Source: Pirellulales bacterium (GTDB taxonomy: Bacteria; Planctomycetota; Planctomycetia; Pirellulales; JAICIG01). Taken from it: a stretch of 64,000 nucleotides of DNA. The notes beneath the pieces are model-generated. The model was not told the origin of the DNA. It saw only the letters and a program-made list of their open reading frames with translations, and did not search any database. Position 1 is the first letter of the stretch. Every line of letters begins with the position of its first letter. Below, one piece after another: positions 37,592 through 46,783 of the stretch. The translations under genes and the position numbers were made by a program. The stretch lies in NCBI GenBank assembly GCA_040901675.1, contig JBBDYJ010000015.1, forward strand, positions 57,396 to 121,395. The letters are read 5' to 3'.

Positions 37592-38190
37592 ACGCTGGCC
37601 TCGAGGTATGGCCGCATAACCTTCTCGACGCGGCATAGGCGGGCGTATTCGAGCACGTGCTGAAGTTTGGGCCGGCGTCGGCCCCGGTAGGCGCGCAACG
37701 CCTCGAGGGCGACATCGAGGCCGATCTTGTTGCGGAACTTGAAGCAGTCGGCCAGCGTTTTTTCTGGGCCATACATGCGCACAGGCACGCCATCGATAGT
37801 GTGCGTTTCGATACCTGTCTGGAAGGCTTGAAGGGAAAAGCGGAAGACGCGCAGAGGCGGATGCTCAAGTATTGGATGGCGAGCGGTTCGCGGAAGCGCC
37901 AGATGGACCTCATGGGGAATCTGCGTGGTGAGTTCGTGGTAGGCCAGCGCCGAGATCAGGCAGACAACGGCTTGCGGGACGCGCTTGGCGACCGTGGCCA
38001 GATCGGGCTCGCTTAGCGGGGGCAGATCGGTAAGCCGGTAAAGCCCCCGGGCAAGCTGCTCGAGTTCACCGGCATCCCGCATTGCATAGAGCGTCCGTGG
38101 ATGGATGCCTGCCGCCAGGGCCTCGCCGGTTCGTAGCGTGCCGCCGTGGTCATTGAAGAGCCTGCGGGCCTGTTCAGTTGGGGAAACCAT
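37588..38190 (-). CDS. AbiEi-type type IV TA antitoxin / transcriptional regulator
   Basis: LARGLYRL, CLISALAYHELTTQIP, PEKTLADCFKFRNKIGLDVALEAL. Confidence 0.9.
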   Translation of the reverse strand: MVSPTEQARRLFNDHGGTLRTGEALAAGIHPRTLYAMRDAGELEQLARGLYRLTDLPPLSEPDLATVAKRVPQAVVCLISALAYHELTTQIPHEVHLALPRTARHPILEHPPLRVFRFSLQAFQTGIETHTIDGVPVRMYGPEKTLADCFKFRNKIGLDVALEALRAYRGRRRPKLQHVLEYARLCRVEKVMRPYLEASV

Positions 38191-38641
38191 TGCGGCGCCC
38201 AAGGGAGGACTGTGGATAGAAACGCAAGCACATTTTAACAAGTGCGTGCGATTTTATCCAGTCCGGGCGGAAGCCGAACACCTGGCTCAGGCGGTCCCGC
38301 GGGGCGGCTGCAGTCGAGCCACATGGGGTCCGGACCCGGTCGAACCGGCTTGTTTCTGCCATCGAAGGGCAAACCCCGCGGAAAAGAGGGCCGGCTCGAT
38401 CTCGGAGCGGACCTTCTTCATCAAACTGCCAAGGTGCTTGATTGGATTGGGGTCCATGCCATTTATTCTAGCCGCACCCTCGGCGAATCCGTAAAAAGAC
38501 CTCGATTCCTGCAATCAACAGCCTAGGCTATCGCCGTTTAGACGCCATGGGCAAAAGGAAACGGCGTTGCAGGGAGTGCCAAAGATCGGGAGCTCGCGGT
38601 ATCGCAAACTATTGTTATAATGGTCCCGGTGAGGCGAGCCG

Positions 38642-38887
38642 ATGCGGCAGATCATTTGGAATGACGAAGCCGGGGGCAATGTAGAGCACATCGAGGAGCA
38701 TGGTCTGACGACAGCGGACGTCGAGCATGTGTTGGACGAGTACGAGAACCGCAGTGTGAGCCTTTCGTCGGGGCTGCCGTGCGTGTTTGGCTACACGCCG
38801 GACGGCGTCTACATCGTGGTGGTTTTTGAACAGGTCGATGAGGATACCGTCTATCCAGTGACGGCCTATGCGGTGCGCGAGCCGTAG
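38642..38887 (+). CDS. BrnT/RelE-like small toxin
   Basis: IIWND..NVEHIEEHGLT..VEHVL, GYTPDG.YIVVVFE, YPVTAY; TATAAT upstream. Confidence 0.7.
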   Translation: MRQIIWNDEAGGNVEHIEEHGLTTADVEHVLDEYENRSVSLSSGLPCVFGYTPDGVYIVVVFEQVDEDTVYPVTAYAVREP

Positions 38888-38898
38888 GAGATCTTGGC

Positions 38899-39231
38899 AT
38901 GGGAAAGAAGCGTTTCAGACGCGTGGTGCGAGCGGCGACCGAGGACGAGAAGCGGCGCCACGAAGCGATTCGCAAGAAGGTGACGCAAGAGATCCCGCCC
39001 GCGCCGGGTGCAGGGCGCAAAGCGTCCCCTCCCGGCATCCCGTCCCAAATCCGGGCCGCCCGCGAGGCTCGCGGTCTGACCTGGTACGCGGCGGCGAAGC
39101 AGGCTGGGATCCCCAACCCCAACACCGTCCGCGACATTGAATATGGTCGCGATGCGACGCTATCAAGCGTTCAGGCCCTGGCAAAGGCCCTGGGTTTAGA
39201 GCTCCAGCTCGTGGAGGCTGGAGCGTTGTAG
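38899..39231 (+). CDS. XRE-family HTH protein (probable antitoxin)
   Basis: IRAAREARGLT..AAKQAGI..TVRDIEYG..TLSSVQALAKALG. Confidence 0.8.
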   Translation: MGKKRFRRVVRAATEDEKRRHEAIRKKVTQEIPPAPGAGRKASPPGIPSQIRAAREARGLTWYAAAKQAGIPNPNTVRDIEYGRDATLSSVQALAKALGLELQLVEAGAL

Positions 39232-39266
39232 CCGCGAGCAGGCCAGGATTGAAGCGAGGATGACGG

Positions 39267-39806
39267 ATGGGCGCCACGAATAACGACTTCATTGATTGCC
39301 TGAAGAATCGAGTTGCCAAGCTCGCGATTGGAGCGTCCACACTGCGGAACCAGGGTGCTGGCGGGGTGGTCGCCGCGGCTCGTCGCGGACTTAACAGAAT
39401 CGATCTGCCCACGTTCGCCGTCAGCAATGAGGCGGCGTTCATTGGGCGGCTCGACGCGGTCACTGGCGCCTTGCAATCGAAGTTCCCCAAGGGTGGACGG
39501 TCCTGGGGCGGTGCTCGCAAGGCCGTGAACATTTTTCTCCGCGACGTAGTCTACAGCACCGACCTGAGCGACCACTTCGACTTGCACGGTATCCGCGCCT
39601 GGCTCGAGGTCCCGCTGGACAGCCAAATCGCCAAGGCCTTGCGGGCGGAGCGGGAGGGCGCGGGGTTGCCTCGGTGGCCGCGCATCAAGCATCTGCGCCC
39701 AGAAATCAGCGCACTGTATCAGCGTGTCGCATCCAAGGTCGCCAAGCGTCAAGGGATCAAGAGGGTCGACCTTGACGTTTTCTACTGGAGGGCGGAGCCG
39801 GTCTAA
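39267..39806 (+). CDS. Hypothetical protein, possibly HhH DNA-glycosylase-like
   Basis: GGARKAVNIFLRD, EVPLDSQI, C-terminal DLDVFYW resemble HhH-GPD/OGG-type motifs. Confidence 0.55.
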   Translation: MGATNNDFIDCLKNRVAKLAIGASTLRNQGAGGVVAAARRGLNRIDLPTFAVSNEAAFIGRLDAVTGALQSKFPKGGRSWGGARKAVNIFLRDVVYSTDLSDHFDLHGIRAWLEVPLDSQIAKALRAEREGAGLPRWPRIKHLRPEISALYQRVASKVAKRQGIKRVDLDVFYWRAEPV

Positions 39807-39807
39807 G

Positions 39808-40587
39808 ATGGACATCGCCTTCGTGAATCGGTCGCGGTTCCTCGTTGCCTGCGAGGACTCGATCCGCCAGGACCGGGCGGAGCTGGAGGCCGGCCGCAAG
39901 GTGCGGATAGAGCTCGGCAAGGGCGGTTACCGCGGCCGGGTCGTGGTGACAATCCACCCGGGGGACTCGGCGTCGTTCGGCTCGGACTGGATGGCCGCCG
40001 ACGAGACGCAGTTCCCGGCCCGGATCAAGGCGGCGGCGACGGCGTTGCTGCACTGTGGCTGCGTGGGCCAGTTCGAGGTGGCGCACGCGGACGGAGCGCT
40101 GCACATCCGATGCGTGCCCGACGAAACAGGGAAAACAAAAAAAAACGACCGTGGGCATACCGTTTACCTGGTCTCCTGTGTCGGTCAAAAGCTCGGCGAG
40201 TCGTCGTTGGCGAAAGATTTGTACGTTTCAGACTGGTTCAAGAAAGCCCGTAGTTACGTTGAGGCTACGGGCTATCCGTGGTTCATCCTGTCCGCGGAAT
40301 ACGGCCTGGTGGCCCCGGACCAGAGGATCGCGCCCTACGAGAAGACTCTCAACGCCATGACGGCGGGCGAGCGCAGGCAGTGGGCAAGCAAGGTCATCAC
40401 GCAACTCGACGAAGCCATGCCCGGCTTGACCCATGCCGTGTTTTTGGCTGGGCAGCGATATCGTGAGTTTCTGGCCAGTCACCTCGAGAGCCGCAAGGTC
40501 GCTGTGGCAGTCCCGATGGAGGGGCTGCGCATCGGCGAGCAACTCAGTTGGCTCAGCCGGCGCCGTGGCAAACGGCGTTTGTCATAG
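39808..40587 (+). CDS. Two-domain protein with C-terminal DUF6884-like domain
   Basis: LVSCVGQK..AKDLYVSDWFKKAR..WFILSAEYGL..IAPYEKTL..GLRIGEQL. Confidence 0.75.
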   Translation: MDIAFVNRSRFLVACEDSIRQDRAELEAGRKVRIELGKGGYRGRVVVTIHPGDSASFGSDWMAADETQFPARIKAAATALLHCGCVGQFEVAHADGALHIRCVPDETGKTKKNDRGHTVYLVSCVGQKLGESSLAKDLYVSDWFKKARSYVEATGYPWFILSAEYGLVAPDQRIAPYEKTLNAMTAGERRQWASKVITQLDEAMPGLTHAVFLAGQRYREFLASHLESRKVAVAVPMEGLRIGEQLSWLSRRRGKRRLS

Positions 40588-40824
40588 CTCTCCGCGCAGT
40601 CCACCTCCGCGGAGCATGCTCCTGTTCCGCTCGACCGTCGCCGGCGCGGGCTGCCTGGGCTTCCAAGGTCGCGGCGCAGCAGGCCATGAGGCCGCCTGGG
40701 CCCGTGGTTTCGCCTGCATCGGTGGGACATCCTCTTCTAGATCGATGCCGGGCGCGTGGCGAGCGCAATGCCAGGAGGGTATCATAGGCACTCGATGCAG
40801 TCTTGTTTCCAACGGGGGAAACAC

Positions 40825-41499
40825 ATGGCCATGACGAAGGCCGACATGGAGACGGACCAGGCGGAGTATTACGCCCTGGTCGCCAGGGCCCGGGCGGCCC
40901 AGCGGGAAGGGCGCTACCGCGAGGCCGTCGAGCTGGCGGTGTCTTCCTGGGACCACATCGATGGAATGATGCGGTACGAGCGCAAGTACGCAGACAAGCA
41001 GTTCGTCAGCATCGAGGGAATCGAGGTGGTTCTCAGGTATGCCCCCCTGCTTTTCGATTTCGACAGCCTCAACGGACTGGAAGCCCTCCTGAGGAGCCAA
41101 CGGCGAATCGAGAAGAATACCTCGGGCGGGTTGGCCGACAAACTCTCAAAGGCCAGGGGGCTGATGTGGGACGCCCACCGTCTGTGGGTTCATCTCGAGG
41201 AACACGTCGAAGTAAGGCAGGATGAGCTGCGCCGTGCCCTTCAAGGCGACCAGGAGCGCTGGCGAGCCGTGGCGGAGGCGTGGGACACAATGGAGCTGAT
41301 TCGCCGGACGCCTGAAGGCGGCTCCTACCGGCTGTCACTCATCACGCGAATGGATGAGCGGGTATTGGCAAAGTGCTCCTCTTGTGGTGTCGTTGCCAAG
41401 GCATCCAAGATCAAATTCCTTGGGGCGGTAGAGTGTCCCAAGTGCGGGGCAACGGCCATGTTCGTGATTCTCGCAAGACGGCCTGGCATGTCGGCATAG
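40825..41499 (+). CDS. Hypothetical protein (helical N-terminus, wHTH-like middle, C-terminal Zn ribbon)
   Basis: CSSC..CPKC; GGGGG RBS. Confidence 0.7.
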   Translation: MAMTKADMETDQAEYYALVARARAAQREGRYREAVELAVSSWDHIDGMMRYERKYADKQFVSIEGIEVVLRYAPLLFDFDSLNGLEALLRSQRRIEKNTSGGLADKLSKARGLMWDAHRLWVHLEEHVEVRQDELRRALQGDQERWRAVAEAWDTMELIRRTPEGGSYRLSLITRMDERVLAKCSSCGVVAKASKIKFLGAVECPKCGATAMFVILARRPGMSA

Positions 41500-41509
41500 G
41501 GAGGGACCA

Positions 41510-42778
41510 ATGGGCTACATCTTCACCACGTTGCTCGGCCTGGCTGGCGGCGCGTTCTGCATGTTTATCGCGCTGGAAACGAAGCGCAGGCGGCTGCACG
41601 AGCAGGAACGCCGACAGAACGCTCAAGCAGCAGACTTGCAGAAAAGCTCTGTTGCAATCTCGGCACGGCAACAAGAGCTTGACCAATATGCCGCACGCCT
41701 AACCGCCGAGCGCGATCAGTACGCCGCACAGCTTAACGCGGAGCGAGCAGAGTTCAATGCAAGGGTCGTTTCGTACGACGAGCTGCAGGACGAAAACGCG
41801 ATCTTGAAACGCGATCTTCGGAATATGGACGCCCATGTCCGAAAGATCCAGTTGGACCGTGAATTGCAACGCCAGGCTCACGAGACACTCGACCGCAAGT
41901 GCGAGGAGCTCGGCAGTCGCTACCTGAAAGAGAACGTCAAGTGGATCGGTTCGTCGCTGAGCCCGAACAACTTTGCAATTTGCAAGCAGCGTCTGAAAGA
42001 CGTGATCGAGCGGTGCCGCGGAATAGGCTTTCCGGTGTCGGTGGATGAGGAAGCCGCCCTGCTGGCAAGCCTGAGAGAGGAGTACGAAAAGGTCGTTCGG
42101 GCAGCCTTTGAACGTGAAGAGCAGGCTCGTATCAAAGTGCAGATACGAGAAGAACAGATGCGCGAGCGGGAAATCGAACGGGAACTGAAGCAGTTGGAGC
42201 GAGAACGCGAGGCGATCAAGGCCGCGTTGGAAAGGGCACTGGCGGATGCAAAAGATCAGCACAGTTCCGAAGTCCAGTTCTTATTGGCCAGGCTGGCGGA
42301 AGCCGAGGAAAAATCCCAGCGGGCGATAGCGCAAGCCCAGCTCACCAAGGCCGGCCATGTCTACGTGATTTCCAACATCGGCTCATTCGGCGAAGGTGTC
42401 TTCAAGGTCGGCATGACGCGGCGGCTCGAGCCCCAGGATCGAATACGGGAGCTGGGCGATGCTTCCGTCCCATTCCCGTTCGATGTGCACATGATGATCT
42501 CTTCCCAGGATGCGCCCAGCTTGGAGAACGCGATCCATCGGAAGCTGCACAAGCTTCGAATCAACAAGACGAATCCGCGCAAGGAATTCTTCGTGACCGA
42601 CGTCGAATCGATCTGTCAAATCGTGAGGGAACACCACGGCGAAGTCGAGTACGTGGCTGATGCCGCAGCGCTCGAGTACCGCCAGAGCCTCGCGATGCCA
42701 GACGAGGACCAGGAATTCATCGAGAACGTGTACGACCGGTTGGAAGAGGACAGCGAGGCGGTCTTGGACGACCTGTGA
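41510..42778 (+). CDS. Membrane-anchored coiled-coil protein with DUF4041 and T5orf172/GIY-YIG-like nuclease domains
   Basis: GHVYVISNIGSFGEGVFKVGMTRRLEPQDRIRELGDASVPFPFDVH, KEFF. Confidence 0.88.
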   Translation: MGYIFTTLLGLAGGAFCMFIALETKRRRLHEQERRQNAQAADLQKSSVAISARQQELDQYAARLTAERDQYAAQLNAERAEFNARVVSYDELQDENAILKRDLRNMDAHVRKIQLDRELQRQAHETLDRKCEELGSRYLKENVKWIGSSLSPNNFAICKQRLKDVIERCRGIGFPVSVDEEAALLASLREEYEKVVRAAFEREEQARIKVQIREEQMREREIERELKQLEREREAIKAALERALADAKDQHSSEVQFLLARLAEAEEKSQRAIAQAQLTKAGHVYVISNIGSFGEGVFKVGMTRRLEPQDRIRELGDASVPFPFDVHMMISSQDAPSLENAIHRKLHKLRINKTNPRKEFFVTDVESICQIVREHHGEVEYVADAAALEYRQSLAMPDEDQEFIENVYDRLEEDSEAVLDDL

Positions 42779-42780
42779 CC

Positions 42781-43364
42781 CTACTCATCGAACGGATTCA
42801 CCAGGGGCACTCCGGCGTGCCGGTAATCCGAGGTGTTCCGTGTGGCGACTGTCAGCCCATGCGCCAGGGCGGTTGCCGCGATGAGGCTGTCCTTGATGGG
42901 CATCGCATGCAGGGCGAACGCACCAGAAATGCCCAAAAACAAAGGCGCTATGGCCGAGAAATGAGCGTTGCGTCATGGTCGTGCTAGCTCAGTGCGAATT
43001 TGGACCCGTTTTTTGTGTATGTGAGGGTGCGTAAGCCCCGGAAATGTCGAGGCTTGTGGTGCGTTCGCCCTGGCATCGCATGCCCCTTTTTCTTCAAGCG
43101 GGCAAGGAGCCCCGCCCAGGCTGAAGCGGCGTCGGTATCGAATTCCAGGGCCCGAATGCGCCGGATACCTTGCGCAAACCATTGCTCCAGCCGAGTCCGC
43201 CTTCGACCCGCGGGAAGAAGCAGGATTCCGTATTCGAGCTCGCCGAGCACGATGAGGCTGATCGCCAGGTTCTGTTCGTTTCGGCGGAGCCACCCGACGG
43301 CCAATGCATCCGGCGCGCGCTTCGTGGGCTCGCTTAAGACGTCGGTGTCGACGAGGTACTTCAC
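42781..43364 (-). pseudogene. vapC: VapC PIN-domain toxin interrupted by a MITE
   Basis: YLVDTDVLSE..KKKGHAMP | IKDSLIAATALAHGLTVATRN..VNPF; the frame is restored by removing 42910-43082. Confidence 0.9.
42910..43072. mobile_element. 163-bp non-autonomous IS derivative (MITE) with ISAs1-like ends
   Basis: Perfect 16-bp TIR CAGGGCGAACGCACCA; 10-bp TSD GCATCGCATG at 42900-42909 and 43073-43082. Confidence 0.9.
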
Positions 43365-43591
43365 AGTGTATCGGTCGACTCGGACGAGACCAACTGGACC
43401 CAGCCCTTCTCGGGACAGGCGAGCAGCCAATCCACAACGCCTTCGTTGTCCGGGCCGGACGACTTTGTCAACAAGTACCGCCCGGCGCCCAACCGTTCGA
43501 TGTCGAACCGCTGCCCGGGCCGAATTCGATCCCGCTCGCGCAACTCCGCCGGCAGAACAATCCGGCCCTTGCTCGAAACGACAGTCCTCAT
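43361..43591 (-). CDS. vapB: AbrB/MazE/SpoVT-type antitoxin (VapB)
   Basis: VSSKGRIVLPAELRERDRIRPG; GTGA overlap with vapC. Confidence 0.85.
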   Translation of the reverse strand: MRTVVSSKGRIVLPAELRERDRIRPGQRFDIERLGAGRYLLTKSSGPDNEGVVDWLLACPEKGWVQLVSSESTDTL

Positions 43592-43656
43592 CCAGGTAAG
43601 ATCCCTTCCTGCCACACGGAATGCAAGCAAGATTGATTCTTTGCGCCAGAATTCTG

Positions 43657-46600
43657 TCACCGCGGGACGAGCCAGGTCCCGGCGAGCCGGTCGTGCAGGC
43701 CTCGCTGGGCGGTAAACGTCGCGACAATCCAGTAGATGATCAGCACGAATGCGGCGCTCGGCCCGCCACGCCTCGCGAGAAGGATCAATAGGCCAAGACC
43801 CAGCAAAACGATCGACCAGAGGAGCATGTTGCGCCAGAACAGACGCAGCCGCGACGCTCGTGCTCCAGCGCGATCGACGACCGCCACCTCCAGGAATCTC
43901 AAAAGAAGCGTATCGCCCAACAACAACGCGGACGCGAGGCTCGGAAGAACCACGAAAATACCTAAGAAGAGGGCCACGGCGCCGAGCAGGCTCGCCATCG
44001 ACCCCGAATAAAGGTAATCATCCGGGCTCCAACTCAATGCATGGATCATGTCGCGGACGTAGATCGATTGAATGAGCTTGGAAGCCTCGGCGACCTGCTC
44101 CGGCGACGGACTGGGATGTGCCTCGACGAATTCCTTCAAAAGACGTTGATCGTCCGCGTCGACAAATCCTTTGGCTGACGGATCGGCCCAGATTTCTGGA
44201 TCAGTGATGGTTTCACGAAACCGGTCCGCCACGAAAATCTCCACGGCCTCGCTCAGGGCCGCCGGGCCGGGATCCAGGTCGTCCCGGTCGAGCAGTCGAT
44301 AATAGCCAACGTATCCAGCCAACTCGCCGACTTCAGGATGTTTCCGCAGAAACTGCCGTTCGGAAACCAGCATGGTCATGAGGAACGCGGCCATCATGAG
44401 GGGAAACAGCCAGCAAGCAGCCAACGCGCCGACTCGCCGTTGGGCCGAAACCGACGCCGGTTTCCGCGTCAACGACTCGAGTTCGGCGATGCACGTCGCC
44501 TCGTCTTCTCGCCGGCCCAGCCCGTTCAAGAGCGCGCGGGCCGGCAGGGGAATCCGCGCCGAGAGGTTGCGACTCCCCACGTCCTCGGCCGGCAAGACCC
44601 GGCCTTCCAGCGCGGCGATCGCCACCCGCTTGAGAAACAGGGCGGCCGCGGAGGAATCGGGCGGACCTGACGATGCCAGCGGCCTGCGCTTGTTGGCGGC
44701 GAGCCCAGGCGCCGGGAAATCGAGCAGCTTGGCCCGGCCGTCCGCCGTGATCCACACTCGATCCAGGTCCAGCACCGGGGGAAGAGTTTCGTCCAGCCGG
44801 CTCGCGCTGAGTTCCTGGGCCAGGTCCAAGAGCCAGAAACGGACGGCATCCCACGGTTGCCCGGCATCGATCAGCTTCAACAGCGGCTTGCCGGATGGCG
44901 CCTCGTACGCATCCCAACCCCAATCACCGTCGCGCTGGCCGTTGAGCCAGCGCAGACGTCCGATCCGGGCAAGCTCGCGTAGCTTGGGCAATGGCGACGG
45001 CTCGGCCGCCGGGCGTTTGTGTATCCAGACCTTGCGCAGCAGTCGCGTATCGTAGGCCAGGATCAGCTCATGCCGTGGGGCGGATTCCAATGGTCCGAGC
45101 ACGTGGTAGGGCCCGATCCGCGCTTCGTCCTGCATTTCAGGCAGCGGGTCGTCGGCCGAAGAGAGCGTCGGCCGCCGCTCGACCGCCGGGACGCGCACCA
45201 CGCGCGTCGCGCTGGCAAGCTCGTGAACGCCAGCGTAGCCGTTGTGCCGTCGCATCGTGACAAACAGCAACAGGAACCAAGAAGAGCAAATCAGCCAGAG
45301 GGCGAGCCTGAATGGCGTCTCGGCTTCGACCGCGAACAGTTGAATCCCAAGCTCGGGATCGAACGCATACAGCACCCACCACGGCAGCCACCCAGCCGCG
45401 GCGAAGACAGTGGTTCGCACGAGCGCCCGAAAAATGCCGGGAGCCTCGCGGCCGGGACCGACCACGCGAAGCCGGCAGATCGCCTTGCCGGCCGAGGCCC
45501 CCCAGATTCCTTCCAGGAGGGCGAAGTAGATCAGATACAACAGCATACCAAGCCCCGACAGCCACATGAGCTCGGCACTGGGCTGCGGCCCGGGCATCGA
45601 GAGGGCATTGAAATGAAGCTGCCACGTCGCCACGTCACGAGCCCACAGCAAAGGAGACACCACGGACACCAGCGCGATCACGACAAAATCGATGCCTGAC
45701 GCCAGCACGCGAAATCCCAAGGTTCCCGGCGTCGGCGCCGCGGATCGGTACGGCAACAGCGCCTGCCGCAGCTCGTCGTAGTCGCGAAAGCGGTGCGTGC
45801 TCTGCTTTGCAAGGCATCGTCGCACGATCCTGGCCAGTCCAGCAGGGATTGCGGGACGCCGGCTGCGCGGCGAGGGCGCGGGGCGCTCGAGGACCGTCGC
45901 CAACAACTGGACCATCTGTGCTGCTTGAAAGGGGGCTTCTCCGGTCAGCAGGTAATACAGCGTCACCCCCACGGAGTAGATGTCCGAGCGCACGTCCAGC
46001 TCGTCGCCCCGAAGCTGCTCGGGCGACGAGAACGCCGGCGTGCCCAGGAACACTCCGCTGTGCGTCAAGTTCGTGTCGCCCCGCAGCGTGCGCGAGATCG
46101 ACAGCCCGAAGTCGCCGATCTTGACAGTTCCATCCGCGTCGACGAAGCAGTTCGCCGGTTTGACGTCGCGGTGCAGGACCCCCGCGGCCCGTGCGGCTTC
46201 AAGGCCGGCGATGATGTCCAGGATCACGTCCACGGCCTCGCCTATTGCAAGCGGTCCGCTTCGTTTGACGCGATCCTGCAGGGTCCCGCCGCCGGCCAGC
46301 TCCATGGCGATAACCGGCGTGCCCTCGATCTCTTCGGTGCCGTAGATGTAGACGCTGTTGGGATGATTGACGGATGCCGCCAGGCGGCCCTCGCGGAGGA
46401 ATCGCTGCCGATGTTCCGTCGATTGCAGCTTGTGATTCAACACTTTCAGCGCGACTCGGCGGCCGCTTTTGCCATCCTCGGCTTCGTACACCGCTCCCAT
46501 GCCACCCTTGCCCAGCAGGCGGCCGATGCGGTAGGAACCAAACTGTTCGCCCGCCTCGAGGAGCTGGCCGCGGGAGCCCTCGTAGCCCGCGGTGCTTTCC

Positions 46601-46692
46601 AGCCCCTCTTGCAGCAGGCATTTGGGGCAAATTCCGCCGGGGGCGTCGGCGGGCACCTCGGCTCCACACTTCGGACAGTTCGTTTCGGGCAT
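43657..46692 (-). CDS. Membrane Ser/Thr kinase: Zn ribbon, kinase, RDD, degenerate second kinase-like region, second RDD-like region
   Basis: CPKC..CPKC, GKGGMGAVY, VALK, HRDVKPAN, DFG, SPEQ, SAGKAICRLRVV, GLHDRLAGT. Confidence 0.9.
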   Translation of the reverse strand: MPETNCPKCGAEVPADAPGGICPKCLLQEGLESTAGYEGSRGQLLEAGEQFGSYRIGRLLGKGGMGAVYEAEDGKSGRRVALKVLNHKLQSTEHRQRFLREGRLAASVNHPNSVYIYGTEEIEGTPVIAMELAGGGTLQDRVKRSGPLAIGEAVDVILDIIAGLEAARAAGVLHRDVKPANCFVDADGTVKIGDFGLSISRTLRGDTNLTHSGVFLGTPAFSSPEQLRGDELDVRSDIYSVGVTLYYLLTGEAPFQAAQMVQLLATVLERPAPSPRSRRPAIPAGLARIVRRCLAKQSTHRFRDYDELRQALLPYRSAAPTPGTLGFRVLASGIDFVVIALVSVVSPLLWARDVATWQLHFNALSMPGPQPSAELMWLSGLGMLLYLIYFALLEGIWGASAGKAICRLRVVGPGREAPGIFRALVRTTVFAAAGWLPWWVLYAFDPELGIQLFAVEAETPFRLALWLICSSWFLLLFVTMRRHNGYAGVHELASATRVVRVPAVERRPTLSSADDPLPEMQDEARIGPYHVLGPLESAPRHELILAYDTRLLRKVWIHKRPAAEPSPLPKLRELARIGRLRWLNGQRDGDWGWDAYEAPSGKPLLKLIDAGQPWDAVRFWLLDLAQELSASRLDETLPPVLDLDRVWITADGRAKLLDFPAPGLAANKRRPLASSGPPDSSAAALFLKRVAIAALEGRVLPAEDVGSRNLSARIPLPARALLNGLGRREDEATCIAELESLTRKPASVSAQRRVGALAACWLFPLMMAAFLMTMLVSERQFLRKHPEVGELAGYVGYYRLLDRDDLDPGPAALSEAVEIFVADRFRETITDPEIWADPSAKGFVDADDQRLLKEFVEAHPSPSPEQVAEASKLIQSIYVRDMIHALSWSPDDYLYSGSMASLLGAVALFLGIFVVLPSLASALLLGDTLLLRFLEVAVVDRAGARASRLRLFWRNMLLWSIVLLGLGLLILLARRGGPSAAFVLIIYWIVATFTAQRGLHDRLAGTWLVPR

Positions 46693-46783
46693 CGGAAGAC
46701 CTCGCTGGATTCAACGCGCTGGAAGCGGTCCCGCCTTTTCTGACTGAAATGGCCGCGAGCGTAACACGGATTTCAGCGTTTTT

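Noticed and set aside
38287..38514. Short minus-strand ORF upstream of abiEi
   Set aside because: Possibly a frameshifted remnant, but no recognisable family; not supportable
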